Below, piece after piece: positions 47,654-58,548 of a stretch of 64,000 nt of DNA; positions within the stretch are counted from its first letter, which is position 1; each line of letters opens with the position of its first letter. Location of the stretch: the IMG/VR virus record IMGVR_UViG_3300009502_000036, positions 1 through 64,000 of that record. One strand, given 5' to 3'. The notes beneath the pieces were generated by a model that searched no databases, was not told the origin of the DNA, and saw only the letters and a list, made by a program, of their open reading frames with translations. The stretch comes from a virus. The position numbers and the translations under genes were made by a program.

Positions 47654-48106
47654 TTATATTTTCTTAATATTATCTTCTGTTAAAATGAGGAATTTCCATC
47701 CTCTTGATTCACAATACTTTGTAGCTGCTCTAAACTTGCACTCATTAATAACATATGTTTTTGCCTCAGAAACGTATCGTGTTGTAGGATGTCCTAGTCG
47801 TTTTCTCATTTTCGGTGGCCTCGTTTGAGCTTTGGGCTTTACTTCGACTAAATAAACCTGTTCAATTCCTTCATTTTTTACATGAACCTTAAAATCAGGG
47901 AAATATCTATGTGGTTTCCCATCTACTGGACTAAAATAAGGTATCACAACTTCTTCGCTAGACCATTTAGTAACTCCGGAATGTTCATCCAACCAGATCA
48001 TGGTTTGAGTTTCCCAATTGCTTCTAGAGATGATTAAATCGATATTACCAGCATATTTATCTTTATTTTTTGGTATAAATTTGCGGGGTTTTGGAAATCT
48101 TGCCAT
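47654..48106 (-). CDS. gp4: head completion nuclease gp4
   Basis: PKN..KY.G, RS.WE, WSSEE..IPY.SP.DG..HRYFPDF, EVKP..Q, GW.F.ILTE. Confidence 0.92.
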   Translation of the reverse strand: MARFPKPRKFIPKNKDKYAGNIDLIISRSNWETQTMIWLDEHSGVTKWSSEEVVIPYFSPVDGKPHRYFPDFKVHVKNEGIEQVYLVEVKPKAQTRPPKMRKRLGHPTTRYVSEAKTYVINECKFRAATKYCESRGWKFLILTEDNIKKI

Positions 48107-48121
48107 TATATTGAAAATTGT

Positions 48122-48147
48122 TATAAATATACATATATCTATTTATA
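48122..48147. promoter_or_regulatory. paired late promoters for divergent operons
   Basis: TATAAATA on + (48122-48129) and on - (TATTTATA 48140-48147) between gp4 and gp48. Confidence 0.8.
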
Positions 48148-48165
48148 AGAAAAACGATAACAAAT

Positions 48166-49128
48166 ATGGGCATAATAAATACCGTAGTAGGTGTAGCAAA
48201 AAATATAGGAACAGAAGCTGCTGTTAGTGCAGGTGCTAGTGTTTTATTAACCGGCTCTATATATAATGCATTATCTGGAGTAGGTAAATCTTCTCCAATT
48301 GGTGGTTCTTTACAATTTCCGGCTGATTTAACAAATAGAACAGATATTTCTCAGTATACATATTTTGCTCCACACGAAGACGTTTCGTTTTATAATACAA
48401 TCTCTCCTAGATCTACTCCTTTAGGGCAAATATATTTACCGTTACCAAGGGAGCTTAGTTCTTCTTATCGATCAAATTGGGAAACTATAGATGCAGGGGG
48501 TGTTGGTGCATTTGCTGCACTTGGTCACGGTGATGTTGGTGCAATTATAGAAAGTCAGATATCTAAATTAGGAGGAGATTCTGCAACTGGAAAATTTTTA
48601 GATCTTGGCTCAAAGAGAGCACTTAATCCTTATAAGTATGTGCAATGGAAAGGACCCGATTTTAGAACATTTAATTTTACATTTGATTTAGTATCATCTT
48701 CAGCAGAAGAAGCAGAAACTCTAAATAAAATTATTTGGTGGTTCAAAAAATATGTACATACACCATCCAAAGCATTAGATGGTGTAATGGTGCAACCGCC
48801 TTTATGGAATATTAAATTTGTAGATGGAAAAGATCAAGTTGCAACAATACAAAATACAAATGGAATAACAGATCCACAAATACCAGGATTAAACGTGTCA
48901 AATGTAGGTAATGTAGGAAATAAATATTTATTTCAACTTAAAGATTGTGCAATAACTTCGTTTGATGTAGATTATACTTCTAAGGGAAGTTCTTTTCATG
49001 GTCCAGATGCAAGTGGTAATGGAAACCATGCGCCAACAAATGTAAAGTTAACAATATCGTTCACAGAAACTGCAATACTTACCCAAGAAGATTTTGAAGC
49101 GACGTATCCAAATCGCGCAACTAATTAA
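48166..49128 (+). CDS. gp48: baseplate tail tube cap gp48
   Basis: IYLPLP, NPY..Q.KGPDFRTFNFTF, C.ITSFDVDY, L.ISFTE..ILT. Confidence 0.8.
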   Translation: MGIINTVVGVAKNIGTEAAVSAGASVLLTGSIYNALSGVGKSSPIGGSLQFPADLTNRTDISQYTYFAPHEDVSFYNTISPRSTPLGQIYLPLPRELSSSYRSNWETIDAGGVGAFAALGHGDVGAIIESQISKLGGDSATGKFLDLGSKRALNPYKYVQWKGPDFRTFNFTFDLVSSSAEEAETLNKIIWWFKKYVHTPSKALDGVMVQPPLWNIKFVDGKDQVATIQNTNGITDPQIPGLNVSNVGNVGNKYLFQLKDCAITSFDVDYTSKGSSFHGPDASGNGNHAPTNVKLTISFTETAILTQEDFEATYPNRATN

Positions 49129-49140
49129 AAAATAATTAAA

Positions 49141-49677
49141 GTGTCAGGAACAAACTATTTTTCATATTTCCCTAATGTAGAATATACCGATAATTCTGGG
49201 TCTACAAAAATTGTTACCGATATTTTCAAAAGAGTTAAAATGAGAACTCTTTCTACTATAATAAAGACTGCAATATTCTACAAATATACAATTCAAGATG
49301 GAGAACGTGTAGAAGATATCGCAAATCGTTATTACGGCGATACACAATATTATTGGTTAATTCTTTATGCAAATGATATTATTAATATTTACACTCAGTG
49401 GCCAAGAAGTAATTCAGAATTTAATAATTACATTATATCTAAATATGAAAGTATAGAAGGTGCATCAGACACTACAAATGAATTGCTAGTTCATCACTAT
49501 GAGGATGTAGTTGGAAATTGGATAAATAAATCTGACTGGGATGGTACTCCTTCGTTAAAAAAAACTATATATGATTGGGAATATTCTTTGAATGAAAATA
49601 AAAGAGAGATCAATATTGTTAAACGAGAATATCTTCCTCAGATAATAAAAGAAATGAATAATCTATTCTCTAAATAA
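49141..49677 (+). CDS. gp53: baseplate wedge subunit gp53
   Basis: YFSYFP.V.Y, Y.IQDGER.E.IA..YYG...Y.W.IL..N, NE.KR.I. Confidence 0.9.
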   Translation: MSGTNYFSYFPNVEYTDNSGSTKIVTDIFKRVKMRTLSTIIKTAIFYKYTIQDGERVEDIANRYYGDTQYYWLILYANDIINIYTQWPRSNSEFNNYIISKYESIEGASDTTNELLVHHYEDVVGNWINKSDWDGTPSLKKTIYDWEYSLNENKREINIVKREYLPQIIKEMNNLFSK

Positions 49678-51128
49678 TGCAAACACAAGAAAGTTATAAA
49701 CCAAGTGCCGTTATTATAGAAAGCATGGACCTCACTAATTTTGATGGTTCAAAGACTATAGATATACGTGATTTTGTAGCAGAGATTAATATCTATGAAG
49801 ATATTTTTCAATGTCAGATTATGGGTGATCTATCTATTCAAGATAGTAAAGAATTGATAGAATTTTTTCCTATAGTTGGTGAAGAGACTATAGAGATAAG
49901 GTTTAGAGTTCCTACTAGAGATTTACAGAACTCCATTAATTTGAAAAAAATGAGAGTTTATAAAATTGGTGATAGAACAGCAAGTGGAAAAAACGTCGGA
50001 AAAATACAAACATACACTTTATACTTTTTTTCTTCAGAAATTCTTACAAATTTAAACACTAGGGTATCTAGATCATTTAATACAATGACTGCTAGTAATA
50101 TAGCAAAAATAGTATTTGATGATTACCTTAAAAGTGATAAAAAATTTGAAATAGAAAACACTGTAGGTACTTTAAAGACTGTGATTCCTAATTGGAATCC
50201 ATTTAAAGTAATAAATTGGTTAGCAAATACGAAGGCAATAAACGCAGAGAAACAATGTGATTTTTTATTTTTTGAATCAACAAATAAAAGTGAAGGACCC
50301 CAATACAATTTGAAGTCAATCTCTACTATGATGAAACAACCTTCATCATTTACGATGGAATTTACTATTCAGAATGTTAATAGTAATGGTACAAAAGATA
50401 CTAGCACTTCTACTAGAAATGTAGAAGAATTTTCATTTGATAATCATGGTAGTGTGTTAAACAATACTTTAAATGGTCAATATAATCAATGTTGGATTTG
50501 CCATGATCCATTAAGAAAGAAGTTTGTAATATCTAAACATTCTCACAGTGAAGATTACTTGGATGCTTCTACTTCTGGAAATTCGTTTTATAGTGATAAG
50601 GTTAAAAATGATTCTAAACCAATGCAATTTGTAAGAATGCCTGGAGGTATTGATTGTTTTCCTACTAACATTTCATTATCAAAATCACCAGATAACGATA
50701 CAACTAAAAGTGTAGAACAGAAACCTAATAGAGGTGATTTAAAATATATATCTAAACGGGAAAAACCTGACGAGCTTATATCAAATTCATTGATTGTAGA
50801 TCAAAGCGCTAGTAGAATATTTAAAATACAACAAATGAATAACTTTAAGTTGTGTATAGATTCTATACCTGGAACAGACGAAATACAATTAGGTAAAATA
50901 ATAGAATTCAATAAACCACATATTACATTTGATAGCACCCAAATAAGTAATAAAACGGGTAGATTTAATGATAGGTTTGTTTCAGGAAATTATCTGGTAT
51001 CTAGAATAAGACACCGTATTTATATATTACCAGAAGCAAAAGAAAGATCTTATACGGTGTCAATAGAATTACTTAGAGATAGATTTAATGAACAAATATC
51101 TCATAAAGAAATAACAGGAGACGCATAG
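49677..51128 (+). CDS. baseplate hub/tail protein (gp27-like position)
   Basis: INIYEDIF, PIVGEE, IPNW.PF..INWL, FLFFE, SGNYLV..IRH; lies between gp53 and gp5. Confidence 0.7.
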   Translation: MQTQESYKPSAVIIESMDLTNFDGSKTIDIRDFVAEINIYEDIFQCQIMGDLSIQDSKELIEFFPIVGEETIEIRFRVPTRDLQNSINLKKMRVYKIGDRTASGKNVGKIQTYTLYFFSSEILTNLNTRVSRSFNTMTASNIAKIVFDDYLKSDKKFEIENTVGTLKTVIPNWNPFKVINWLANTKAINAEKQCDFLFFESTNKSEGPQYNLKSISTMMKQPSSFTMEFTIQNVNSNGTKDTSTSTRNVEEFSFDNHGSVLNNTLNGQYNQCWICHDPLRKKFVISKHSHSEDYLDASTSGNSFYSDKVKNDSKPMQFVRMPGGIDCFPTNISLSKSPDNDTTKSVEQKPNRGDLKYISKREKPDELISNSLIVDQSASRIFKIQQMNNFKLCIDSIPGTDEIQLGKIIEFNKPHITFDSTQISNKTGRFNDRFVSGNYLVSRIRHRIYILPEAKERSYTVSIELLRDRFNEQISHKEITGDA

Positions 51129-51129
51129 A

Positions 51130-52740
51130 ATGTCAAATACTTTTATGGGAAAGGATGGTTTCTATTGGTGGCAGGGTGTCGTTGAAGATAGAAATGATCC
51201 TTTAATGACTGGTAGATGTCGTGTTCGTATATTAGGAATACATACAGATGATAAATCAGCATCGGGAATAGCAACTTCAGATTTACCTTGGGCTATGATA
51301 CTTCTTCCTGTTAATCAAGAAGAAAGAATTGTTCCTCCAAAAGAGGGGTCTTGGGTAATGGGTTTTTTTAGAGATGGAGATCATTGTCAAGATCCTGTAA
51401 TTTTTGGGGTATTACCTGGAATACCAGAAGAAGAAAGTCCAAATCTTAGCAAATCACCAGAAGAACAGAAAGGTTTCTTTGATCCAGCAGGACATGGTGG
51501 TGCAAATGATGCTCTTATGCATAGACCTATTAATTTAGAAAAAGGGTTTACACATTCTGGAAAGCTTCTTAATAATGAAGTTAAACGGAATAGTGAAGAA
51601 GAAATGCAGGCTATGTTAAATAATACCTATCCTATGAAATCTAGATTAGGAGAACCGGACACGCATAGATTGGCAAGAAACGAAGATTTAGACAAAACTA
51701 TTCTTAAATGGAAATGCGAAAATAGACTTATTAATATAGTGTCTAATAATTCTCGTGGAGAAGATTCAGGACAAGTACAAAGAACATTTTGGTCAGAACC
51801 CGACCCTATTTTAATATATAATGCAAAATATCCATACAATAAAGTTATGGAATCTGAATCAGGACATATAATTGAAATAGATGATACTTTGGGTCACGAA
51901 AGAATTCATACATTTCACCGTTCAGGAACATTTGATGAAATGCAGCCAAACGGTGATCGTGTTATGAAAACCTTTGGCAATTCTTATAGGATAACTTATT
52001 TGGATGATCACTATGTTTGTTTTGGTACTAAGCATGAAACTTTTGGTGGAGATAAAGTAGATCAATATCAAAGAGCTAAAGGTGAAATCATAGGAGGTAA
52101 TAAAACGTCTCAATTACATGGGGATGACACTAGAACGGTTGGATTTTCTTCATCTTCTTATATCGGAAAAGGACATTACACAACTGTAGAAAGTGGAGAT
52201 GGAAATCATTTAACGGAAGCAGGTAATTATAGAATAACGGTTAACAATGCAGAAAGTGGAGAATTGCACTTAAAGTCAGACTATGATTTAAATCTTACGT
52301 CTATGAATAAGGTAGAAATTTTAGCCCTTAAAGAAATAAACACGCAAGCATTGGATGCTCAAAGACATACTACAAATAAAGATTTTCAATTATTGGCAGG
52401 TCAGTCTATGCAAATTGATGCTGGTGCTATCGTACAAATACAATCTCACAATTATTGCACATTTAAAGCTAAAACACAAATAGACATTGCAGCTCCTAAG
52501 ACTAATATAGATGCTACACTCGAGTGTAATATATCCGGTGAATCAACTAAAATTGGTGGAACTTCATCTGTAAAAATAGATGGACCTATGGTTTATATAA
52601 ATTGTAATAGTGCTATCGCACCAAAAGATCCGGCAATAGCAAATATTCCAAGTACACCAGTAGTACCTGCTACAGGAGCACAACATGCTGCAAAAGGAAA
52701 TGCTAATATAACAACTCCTTCAAAATTAGGAACTAAGTAA
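51130..52740 (+). CDS. gp5: baseplate spike gp5 (OB-fold plus beta-helix, no lysozyme domain)
   Basis: WWQGVVEDRNDP..GRCRVRI.G.H, LPWA, YPYNKV.ESESGH..E.DDT...ERI..FH.SG. Confidence 0.92.
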   Translation: MSNTFMGKDGFYWWQGVVEDRNDPLMTGRCRVRILGIHTDDKSASGIATSDLPWAMILLPVNQEERIVPPKEGSWVMGFFRDGDHCQDPVIFGVLPGIPEEESPNLSKSPEEQKGFFDPAGHGGANDALMHRPINLEKGFTHSGKLLNNEVKRNSEEEMQAMLNNTYPMKSRLGEPDTHRLARNEDLDKTILKWKCENRLINIVSNNSRGEDSGQVQRTFWSEPDPILIYNAKYPYNKVMESESGHIIEIDDTLGHERIHTFHRSGTFDEMQPNGDRVMKTFGNSYRITYLDDHYVCFGTKHETFGGDKVDQYQRAKGEIIGGNKTSQLHGDDTRTVGFSSSSYIGKGHYTTVESGDGNHLTEAGNYRITVNNAESGELHLKSDYDLNLTSMNKVEILALKEINTQALDAQRHTTNKDFQLLAGQSMQIDAGAIVQIQSHNYCTFKAKTQIDIAAPKTNIDATLECNISGESTKIGGTSSVKIDGPMVYINCNSAIAPKDPAIANIPSTPVVPATGAQHAAKGNANITTPSKLGTK

Positions 52741-52741
52741 T

Positions 52742-54586
52742 ATGGCAAGCACAACTACAGTAACGGGCGGAAATTCCACACAAAATAAAATTAATGCAGA
52801 TGGTTCTGTAACAACAACAGTTTATGATTCAAATGGTAAAGTTTTATCAAGTTCTATTTCTCCTAATCAATCTAACATTACTTCTACTACAAAATCAACT
52901 ATAGAATATGGTTTAGATTATGCAAAAGATACCACTGGAAAGTGGAATGTTTTTGATAATAGCATAATGGTTATATGTCATGTTAATGGCATGAACCCAA
53001 TGGATATTGTTAATGAATGGAAATATTTACATTCTGGCGCAAATAGAACTTGGGCTCAAAATGCTGGTGAACAACATGGAGTTTGGACAGAAACAAATAA
53101 AAATGGAATATTATTAGTACCAATAACGGATATTCCTGATGAACTTAAAAAAATATCAATTGGGATTGTTCAACCAGATTTAGAAAAGACTGGAAAAATT
53201 GTTAGTGAAGATGTAAAACTTGTTAACATTGAAGGTAAAAAAGGTGTTGTTAAAACTACAATACACGAAGATGCAAATGGTAATCAAATTACAGTTGTTG
53301 TTAATACTGCAGCAGGAACAAAATCAAAATCTCCAGTAAAAAAACCAGACGGTCTTGCTAATTTAATAAATATTATCAATTCAATTGGAACTATATCTAG
53401 TGTTGTTGCTGGGATAAAAAGTTTTACATCAACTAATAGTGGAAGTAGTGCTTCTTCATCTTCACTGACTTTAATTACAGATTCATCGGGTCAGTCTTAC
53501 CTTGTTGATAGTGATTCTATTCCACCAGATTCTTTAAAAAAAATAAATTCTGCAGTAAGTCAATGCAATGATGTTTGTTGTGGCGATTCATATTTTTCAT
53601 ATTCACAACCTCAATACGATCTGGGTTGTAGTCTTACAAATTTTACTAGCAATACTTCACAAGGAAATTCGCTAATTGGATCGTTAAGTATGTTTAACAA
53701 AGCAGATGGTCCTGCTGAAGTTTTATCTTCTATAGATTGGGCAATTAGTGCACTAGATTATTCAACATTAGAACCTCATGCAGGAGAAGGTGATAATGGA
53801 CGTGCTTCTTTTGCAAATTGTATACCAAAAATGCCATCTTTTGCTTCTCTTTTAAGTAAATTAGGTAAAATAGACATACCCAAACTACCAACGCTACCTG
53901 CTTTGCCTGGTATACCAGATATTGGTAATATATTAGGAGATTTGCTACCTACAATGCCAACTATACCTACGCTTCCAGAAATTGCTAAAATGTTAGGATT
54001 GGATAATTTAAAATGTCCACCTGATGCATCTGATGTTAGTCGTGATAATGTGTCTATTCTTAAAGCAGCTAATGAATATTCTAAAGCAAAATATTTATTT
54101 GATAAAACTTCTTCAGGTAATATAGCAATGAATGTTGTTGGTGTATTGATGGCACAACAATGTACAAATGATTCGGGTGGTGGCAGAATAGACCCAATAA
54201 CAGGAAAACCAATATTCGATCAAACGCCTGAAGCAATTAAATCTAGATGCGTTAATAATATGGAAACTCTTAATAATCTTAAAAGTGATATAAATAAAGT
54301 TCAGATAATAACCAATATAGTAGCAAATGCTAGTGATAATCCTGCTCAGGCACTTGTTAATTATGATTTGCTACAAAAAAATCAATATAATTATATGACA
54401 GGAACGCCGTATACTCCATCTTCATTACAACTTATAGCAAATGCTATAACACGCGCAAGTGACTCTACCTGTATTTTTGGATCATTTGCCGATGATCCAT
54501 TGCAAGCATTAATAAAATATGACAATTTACAAGCAAAACAAACACAACAAGCAGCACAAGATTTGTTAGATCAACGAAATTATTAA
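52742..54586 (+). CDS. hypothetical structural protein (Thr/Ser-, Cys- and Pro-rich segments)
   Basis: 614-aa ORF in the baseplate operon. Confidence 0.6.
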   Translation: MASTTTVTGGNSTQNKINADGSVTTTVYDSNGKVLSSSISPNQSNITSTTKSTIEYGLDYAKDTTGKWNVFDNSIMVICHVNGMNPMDIVNEWKYLHSGANRTWAQNAGEQHGVWTETNKNGILLVPITDIPDELKKISIGIVQPDLEKTGKIVSEDVKLVNIEGKKGVVKTTIHEDANGNQITVVVNTAAGTKSKSPVKKPDGLANLINIINSIGTISSVVAGIKSFTSTNSGSSASSSSLTLITDSSGQSYLVDSDSIPPDSLKKINSAVSQCNDVCCGDSYFSYSQPQYDLGCSLTNFTSNTSQGNSLIGSLSMFNKADGPAEVLSSIDWAISALDYSTLEPHAGEGDNGRASFANCIPKMPSFASLLSKLGKIDIPKLPTLPALPGIPDIGNILGDLLPTMPTIPTLPEIAKMLGLDNLKCPPDASDVSRDNVSILKAANEYSKAKYLFDKTSSGNIAMNVVGVLMAQQCTNDSGGGRIDPITGKPIFDQTPEAIKSRCVNNMETLNNLKSDINKVQIITNIVANASDNPAQALVNYDLLQKNQYNYMTGTPYTPSSLQLIANAITRASDSTCIFGSFADDPLQALIKYDNLQAKQTQQAAQDLLDQRNY

Positions 54587-54596
54587 TTTTTAAAAC

Positions 54597-54917
54597 ATGA
54601 TATTAGAAATTCTAAAATTGGGTATAGGTAAAAAGAAAATAGATTCATTAATTTCTTTGTTAGAACACATAGAATATGATTCAGATACAAAAACTTTAAC
54701 TATTGATAGTGATATTACTGTAAAAATTAAAGGTGATTATAAATTAGATGTTGATAAACATATTAGAATTAACAGTAATTATTTGGAAAATGATAAAGAA
54801 TTGAACATTCCATATTCCGTTTTTATTAATAGTGATGAAGCAGAATTTAAGAACATTCAACAACAAACAAATGATATATTATTTGATAGTGGGGATTGTA
54901 ATTGTGGAAATAATTAA
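54597..54917 (+). CDS. hypothetical protein
   Basis: 106-aa ORF. Confidence 0.6.
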   Translation: MILEILKLGIGKKKIDSLISLLEHIEYDSDTKTLTIDSDITVKIKGDYKLDVDKHIRINSNYLENDKELNIPYSVFINSDEAEFKNIQQQTNDILFDSGDCNCGNN

Positions 54918-54929
54918 AATAGTTATACA

Positions 54930-55658
54930 ATGGCTGCAGGATGGGAAGGATCAATAACTAATTGGGGATATGCTACAGGAACAAATCTGGTGGTTCATAA
55001 TGGATGTGGTTTAAATGTATCAGATGCACATCCGCAATATCCCACAGAAGCATTCAATTGGCAAAGCGATACTTTTGCTGCTTGGTCAGAATTATGTCCA
55101 GGACCTCATACAAAAAGATATGCAACATCCTATACAATATCAAGCACTCCAAGTGGTATACCTTTAGCTTTTACTTTTAGTGGGGTCGGTACTTCTTCCG
55201 TAAAATTGATATCTAGTGCTGGAGAAATATTTCCATGTAGTCTATGGCCTTCTGGTCATCCCGATTCTCATTTATACTTAATTAATTTTGTCGCAGGATT
55301 TGAAGGAGGGTCTCCTGTTATTCCATCTCCTTCTTCATATAAAGCAAAACCAGAGTTTATGGATTTTAATTGTGAGATAACAGCAACATTCCCAACAAAC
55401 AGCTGTCCATCTACATTAATTTCTCAGGAATTTATAATAAGTATTAGAACAAATTGGTCAGCTAGAGCTTCAGATTTAATAATCGGCTTTGACCAAAACA
55501 AATATGTATCTATTGGAGAAAAGGATGGTTTGGGCCCCACTTATTTTCATCCTACTACAGGTGAAATAATGACAGGAGAAGAATGGAAAAATTATATATG
55601 CTCAACATCTGGTGGAATTTCTCGTTTTCTTTCCGGAACTCCACATAATATGTTTTAA
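54930..55658 (+). CDS. hypothetical baseplate-region protein
   Basis: 242-aa ORF directly upstream of PAAR. Confidence 0.6.
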   Translation: MAAGWEGSITNWGYATGTNLVVHNGCGLNVSDAHPQYPTEAFNWQSDTFAAWSELCPGPHTKRYATSYTISSTPSGIPLAFTFSGVGTSSVKLISSAGEIFPCSLWPSGHPDSHLYLINFVAGFEGGSPVIPSPSSYKAKPEFMDFNCEITATFPTNSCPSTLISQEFIISIRTNWSARASDLIIGFDQNKYVSIGEKDGLGPTYFHPTTGEIMTGEEWKNYICSTSGGISRFLSGTPHNMF

Positions 55659-55675
55659 CAATTTAAATTTATTAA

Positions 55676-55963
55676 ATGCCACCTGTACATAGACAAAATG
55701 ATATTTGCTCCGGACATGGTTGCTTCCCTCCAAGGAAAACAACAACCTGGTCATCGATAACATATGCAAACAATCTACAGATTCATAGACAGGGAGATTT
55801 GTATGGGATTCATTGTTGCGGTACTCCATGCCATCCTGGATCGGGACAAACAGGCAGTTCTACTGTATACGTAGAAAATAAAGCAGCAAGACGCATTGGA
55901 GATCCTGTTTCTTGCGGCGGAATTGCAGCAGTAGGATCTCCGAATGTAATAGTTGGAGGATGA
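55676..55963 (+). CDS. PAAR spike-tip protein (gp5.4-like)
   Basis: D.CSGHGCFPPR, GSSTVYV....ARRIGDPVSCG, GSPNV. Confidence 0.9.
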   Translation: MPPVHRQNDICSGHGCFPPRKTTTWSSITYANNLQIHRQGDLYGIHCCGTPCHPGSGQTGSSTVYVENKAARRIGDPVSCGGIAAVGSPNVIVGG

Positions 55964-56011
55964 TAAACAGAATTATCATAAATATAATAACTGTAATAAA
56001 TAAAAATTGGA

Positions 56012-56407
56012 ATGGCAAGAACAACAGATATTAAGTTTTCAGATTTTGCTATATCATTTATAGCTCATCCAAATACTGGTGATATTAGTCTCCTAACAAA
56101 TGAGGAAGCAGTGAAACGTGCTGTGAGAAATCTCGTGTTAACTGGATATAATGAGAGACTTTTTAGTCCAGGTAAAGGATGTGGTGTATATCATCTGTTA
56201 TTCGAATTAATATCAAGCCCAACTGCAAATGGAATCGAAGAACATATTAGAGCTGTATTGCAAAATTGGGAACCAAGAATAATAGTATCGGATGTTTTTG
56301 TTATACCAGATTATGATGCAGAGGGTTATTCCGTAACAATATCTTTCGAAGTAGTCAATGAAACTATGATGCAATCAATAAATTTCTTTCTGGAAATGAT
56401 TAGATAA
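56012..56407 (+). CDS. gp25: baseplate wedge subunit gp25
   Basis: AVKRAVRNLVLT...ERLF.P..G, LFE, WEPR. Confidence 0.92.
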   Translation: MARTTDIKFSDFAISFIAHPNTGDISLLTNEEAVKRAVRNLVLTGYNERLFSPGKGCGVYHLLFELISSPTANGIEEHIRAVLQNWEPRIIVSDVFVIPDYDAEGYSVTISFEVVNETMMQSINFFLEMIR

Positions 56408-56415
56408 ACAAATAT

Positions 56416-58533
56416 ATGGCACAAAATTCACTAACAGTATCAGATTTAGATTTTGATAAGATAAAGGCTAATTTGAAAGATTTTATGAGATCTCAAGCTC
56501 AATTTAAAGATTATGATTTTGATGGCTCTTCTCTTTCTATACTTATAGATCTCCTTGCTTATAATACACATTATAATGCATATTATGCAAATATGATTGC
56601 TAATGAAATGTTTTTAGACACTGCAGTGTTTAGAGAATCTGTTGTTTCTAAAGCAAAAATGTTGGGATATACACCTAAATCTAGAATTGCATCTGAAGTA
56701 TATGTTAATATTTATGCATACATGCCTATAACTGGCCCTACTGCACCTAATTCTATTCAATTAGACGCTTATGCTCAATTTAAATCTTCCACATCTAATA
56801 AAGAATATACATTTATTACATTGGAAGATCATATATTAGAATATTTTCCGTCTTTAAATACTAGCGCATCGTGGTGTTATAAAAAAAATACTGTTAAGAT
56901 TGTAGAAGGAACACATTTAACGTATTCTTATGAGGTTCAAGTAAGCTCAATTTGGGAAACTGCTAATCCAGATACAGAACATTATATTATTCCATCAGGA
57001 AATATAGATATTTCTGCACTTGTTGTGTGTGTTCAAAATTCTGCTTCGGTATTTACAAAAACTACCTTTAGACCTGCTGGAGAATTACAAACAATAACAG
57101 GAACGTCACCGGTATATTGGCTTCATGAAATAGAAAATACTCAATATGAAATAAAATTTGGTGATGGTGCAAATTTGGGTGTAGATGTTGGTATAGGCAA
57201 TATTATAATTATCGATTATGTAGCAACAAATGGACCAGAAGCTAATGGTTGCAGAAAATTTACAGTTGGAACTAATTCTTTAAGTGGAATAGCAACTTTA
57301 GTCACATTGGAACCTGTTCAATATCGTCTTTTAGAATTAACTCAAAACTATTCTTCTGATTTTATATACAATGAAACTGTATATGGTAATACATCAAAGA
57401 CAACAGGGACAGTTGAACAGTGGGATAAAATTAATAAAATTTTAAAACTCGTTTCTGTAAATGGAATATTTGCATTAAATGAAACTGTATCTGGAATGAC
57501 GTCTGGCTCTACTGGTATAATTAAAATGTCTTCTATAGAAACATCTAAAAGTTTTGGAGGAACAGAAAGAGAGTCTATAGATTCTATTAAAAACATTGCC
57601 TCTAAATCATACCAGACTCAGGGAAGATGCGTAACAATAGATGATTATGCTACAATAATTAAAAGAGAATACCCAAACATACGCGCTATAAAAATTTGGG
57701 GTGGAGATACGATGGTACCACCTGTTTATGGAAAAGTTTTTATTGCTCTTAGACCTCATGTAGGACAAATATTAAATAATTCAACAAAGGAATATATAAG
57801 AACTCAAATACTTGGTCCAAGAAGTATCATAACTGTTCAGACTGAAATAGTAGATCCGGATTATATTTTTATAGTTCCTACATGTGAGGTTAAATACAAT
57901 CCTTCTCTATCGGCACTCGGTTCAGGAAGTATAGTTACTTTATCTGTAACTAAAATTGTAAATTATGCAGAAACGTATCTAAACGATTTCTCTTCTCCTT
58001 TTTATTCTACAAATCTTAGTTCTATTATAAATTCGGCAGATGCTTCTATAGTTAGTAACATTTTAAAAATAAAATTAAAAAAATTCTTTGATCCTACACT
58101 AAACGTTATAACTACAGATACTACTTTAGATTATAATAATGCAATATCAAAGACTTCTGTAGGTGAAGTAGCTTATGATGTAATAACTAGCTCAACCTTT
58201 ACTTATGCCGGTATTTCTGGCTGTGAACTTAGTGTATCTCCAAGCAATTATTCTATACTTCAGGTAGTTAAGAAAACCAATGGAATAAAAGCTGTAGTGT
58301 GTGGTGGAGACAATGTTGGTACTGTAGATTATACAAATGGAAAGATTAGAATAACTAATTTTTTAACCTCTGCAACTACAGTCGCAAATGTAGAATATCC
58401 TGATATTAAAGGTCGTATAGAAATATTCATAACACCTGAACAAAACGATATTTTTTCTCATGAACATCAAATTTTAGATATACAGAATTCAGATATATCT
58501 GTTTCTACTGTAGATGTAAGAACTCTATTATAA
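56416..58533 (+). CDS. gp6: baseplate wedge subunit gp6
   Basis: LDFD.IK..LK, F.DYDFDGS.LS.L.D.LAYNTHY, FGDG..G, ESIDSIK, Q.RCVT..DY, WGG..PPVYGKVFI. Confidence 0.95.
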   Translation: MAQNSLTVSDLDFDKIKANLKDFMRSQAQFKDYDFDGSSLSILIDLLAYNTHYNAYYANMIANEMFLDTAVFRESVVSKAKMLGYTPKSRIASEVYVNIYAYMPITGPTAPNSIQLDAYAQFKSSTSNKEYTFITLEDHILEYFPSLNTSASWCYKKNTVKIVEGTHLTYSYEVQVSSIWETANPDTEHYIIPSGNIDISALVVCVQNSASVFTKTTFRPAGELQTITGTSPVYWLHEIENTQYEIKFGDGANLGVDVGIGNIIIIDYVATNGPEANGCRKFTVGTNSLSGIATLVTLEPVQYRLLELTQNYSSDFIYNETVYGNTSKTTGTVEQWDKINKILKLVSVNGIFALNETVSGMTSGSTGIIKMSSIETSKSFGGTERESIDSIKNIASKSYQTQGRCVTIDDYATIIKREYPNIRAIKIWGGDTMVPPVYGKVFIALRPHVGQILNNSTKEYIRTQILGPRSIITVQTEIVDPDYIFIVPTCEVKYNPSLSALGSGSIVTLSVTKIVNYAETYLNDFSSPFYSTNLSSIINSADASIVSNILKIKLKKFFDPTLNVITTDTTLDYNNAISKTSVGEVAYDVITSSTFTYAGISGCELSVSPSNYSILQVVKKTNGIKAVVCGGDNVGTVDYTNGKIRITNFLTSATTVANVEYPDIKGRIEIFITPEQNDIFSHEHQILDIQNSDISVSTVDVRTLL

Positions 58534-58548
58534 TAATCATATACACAA

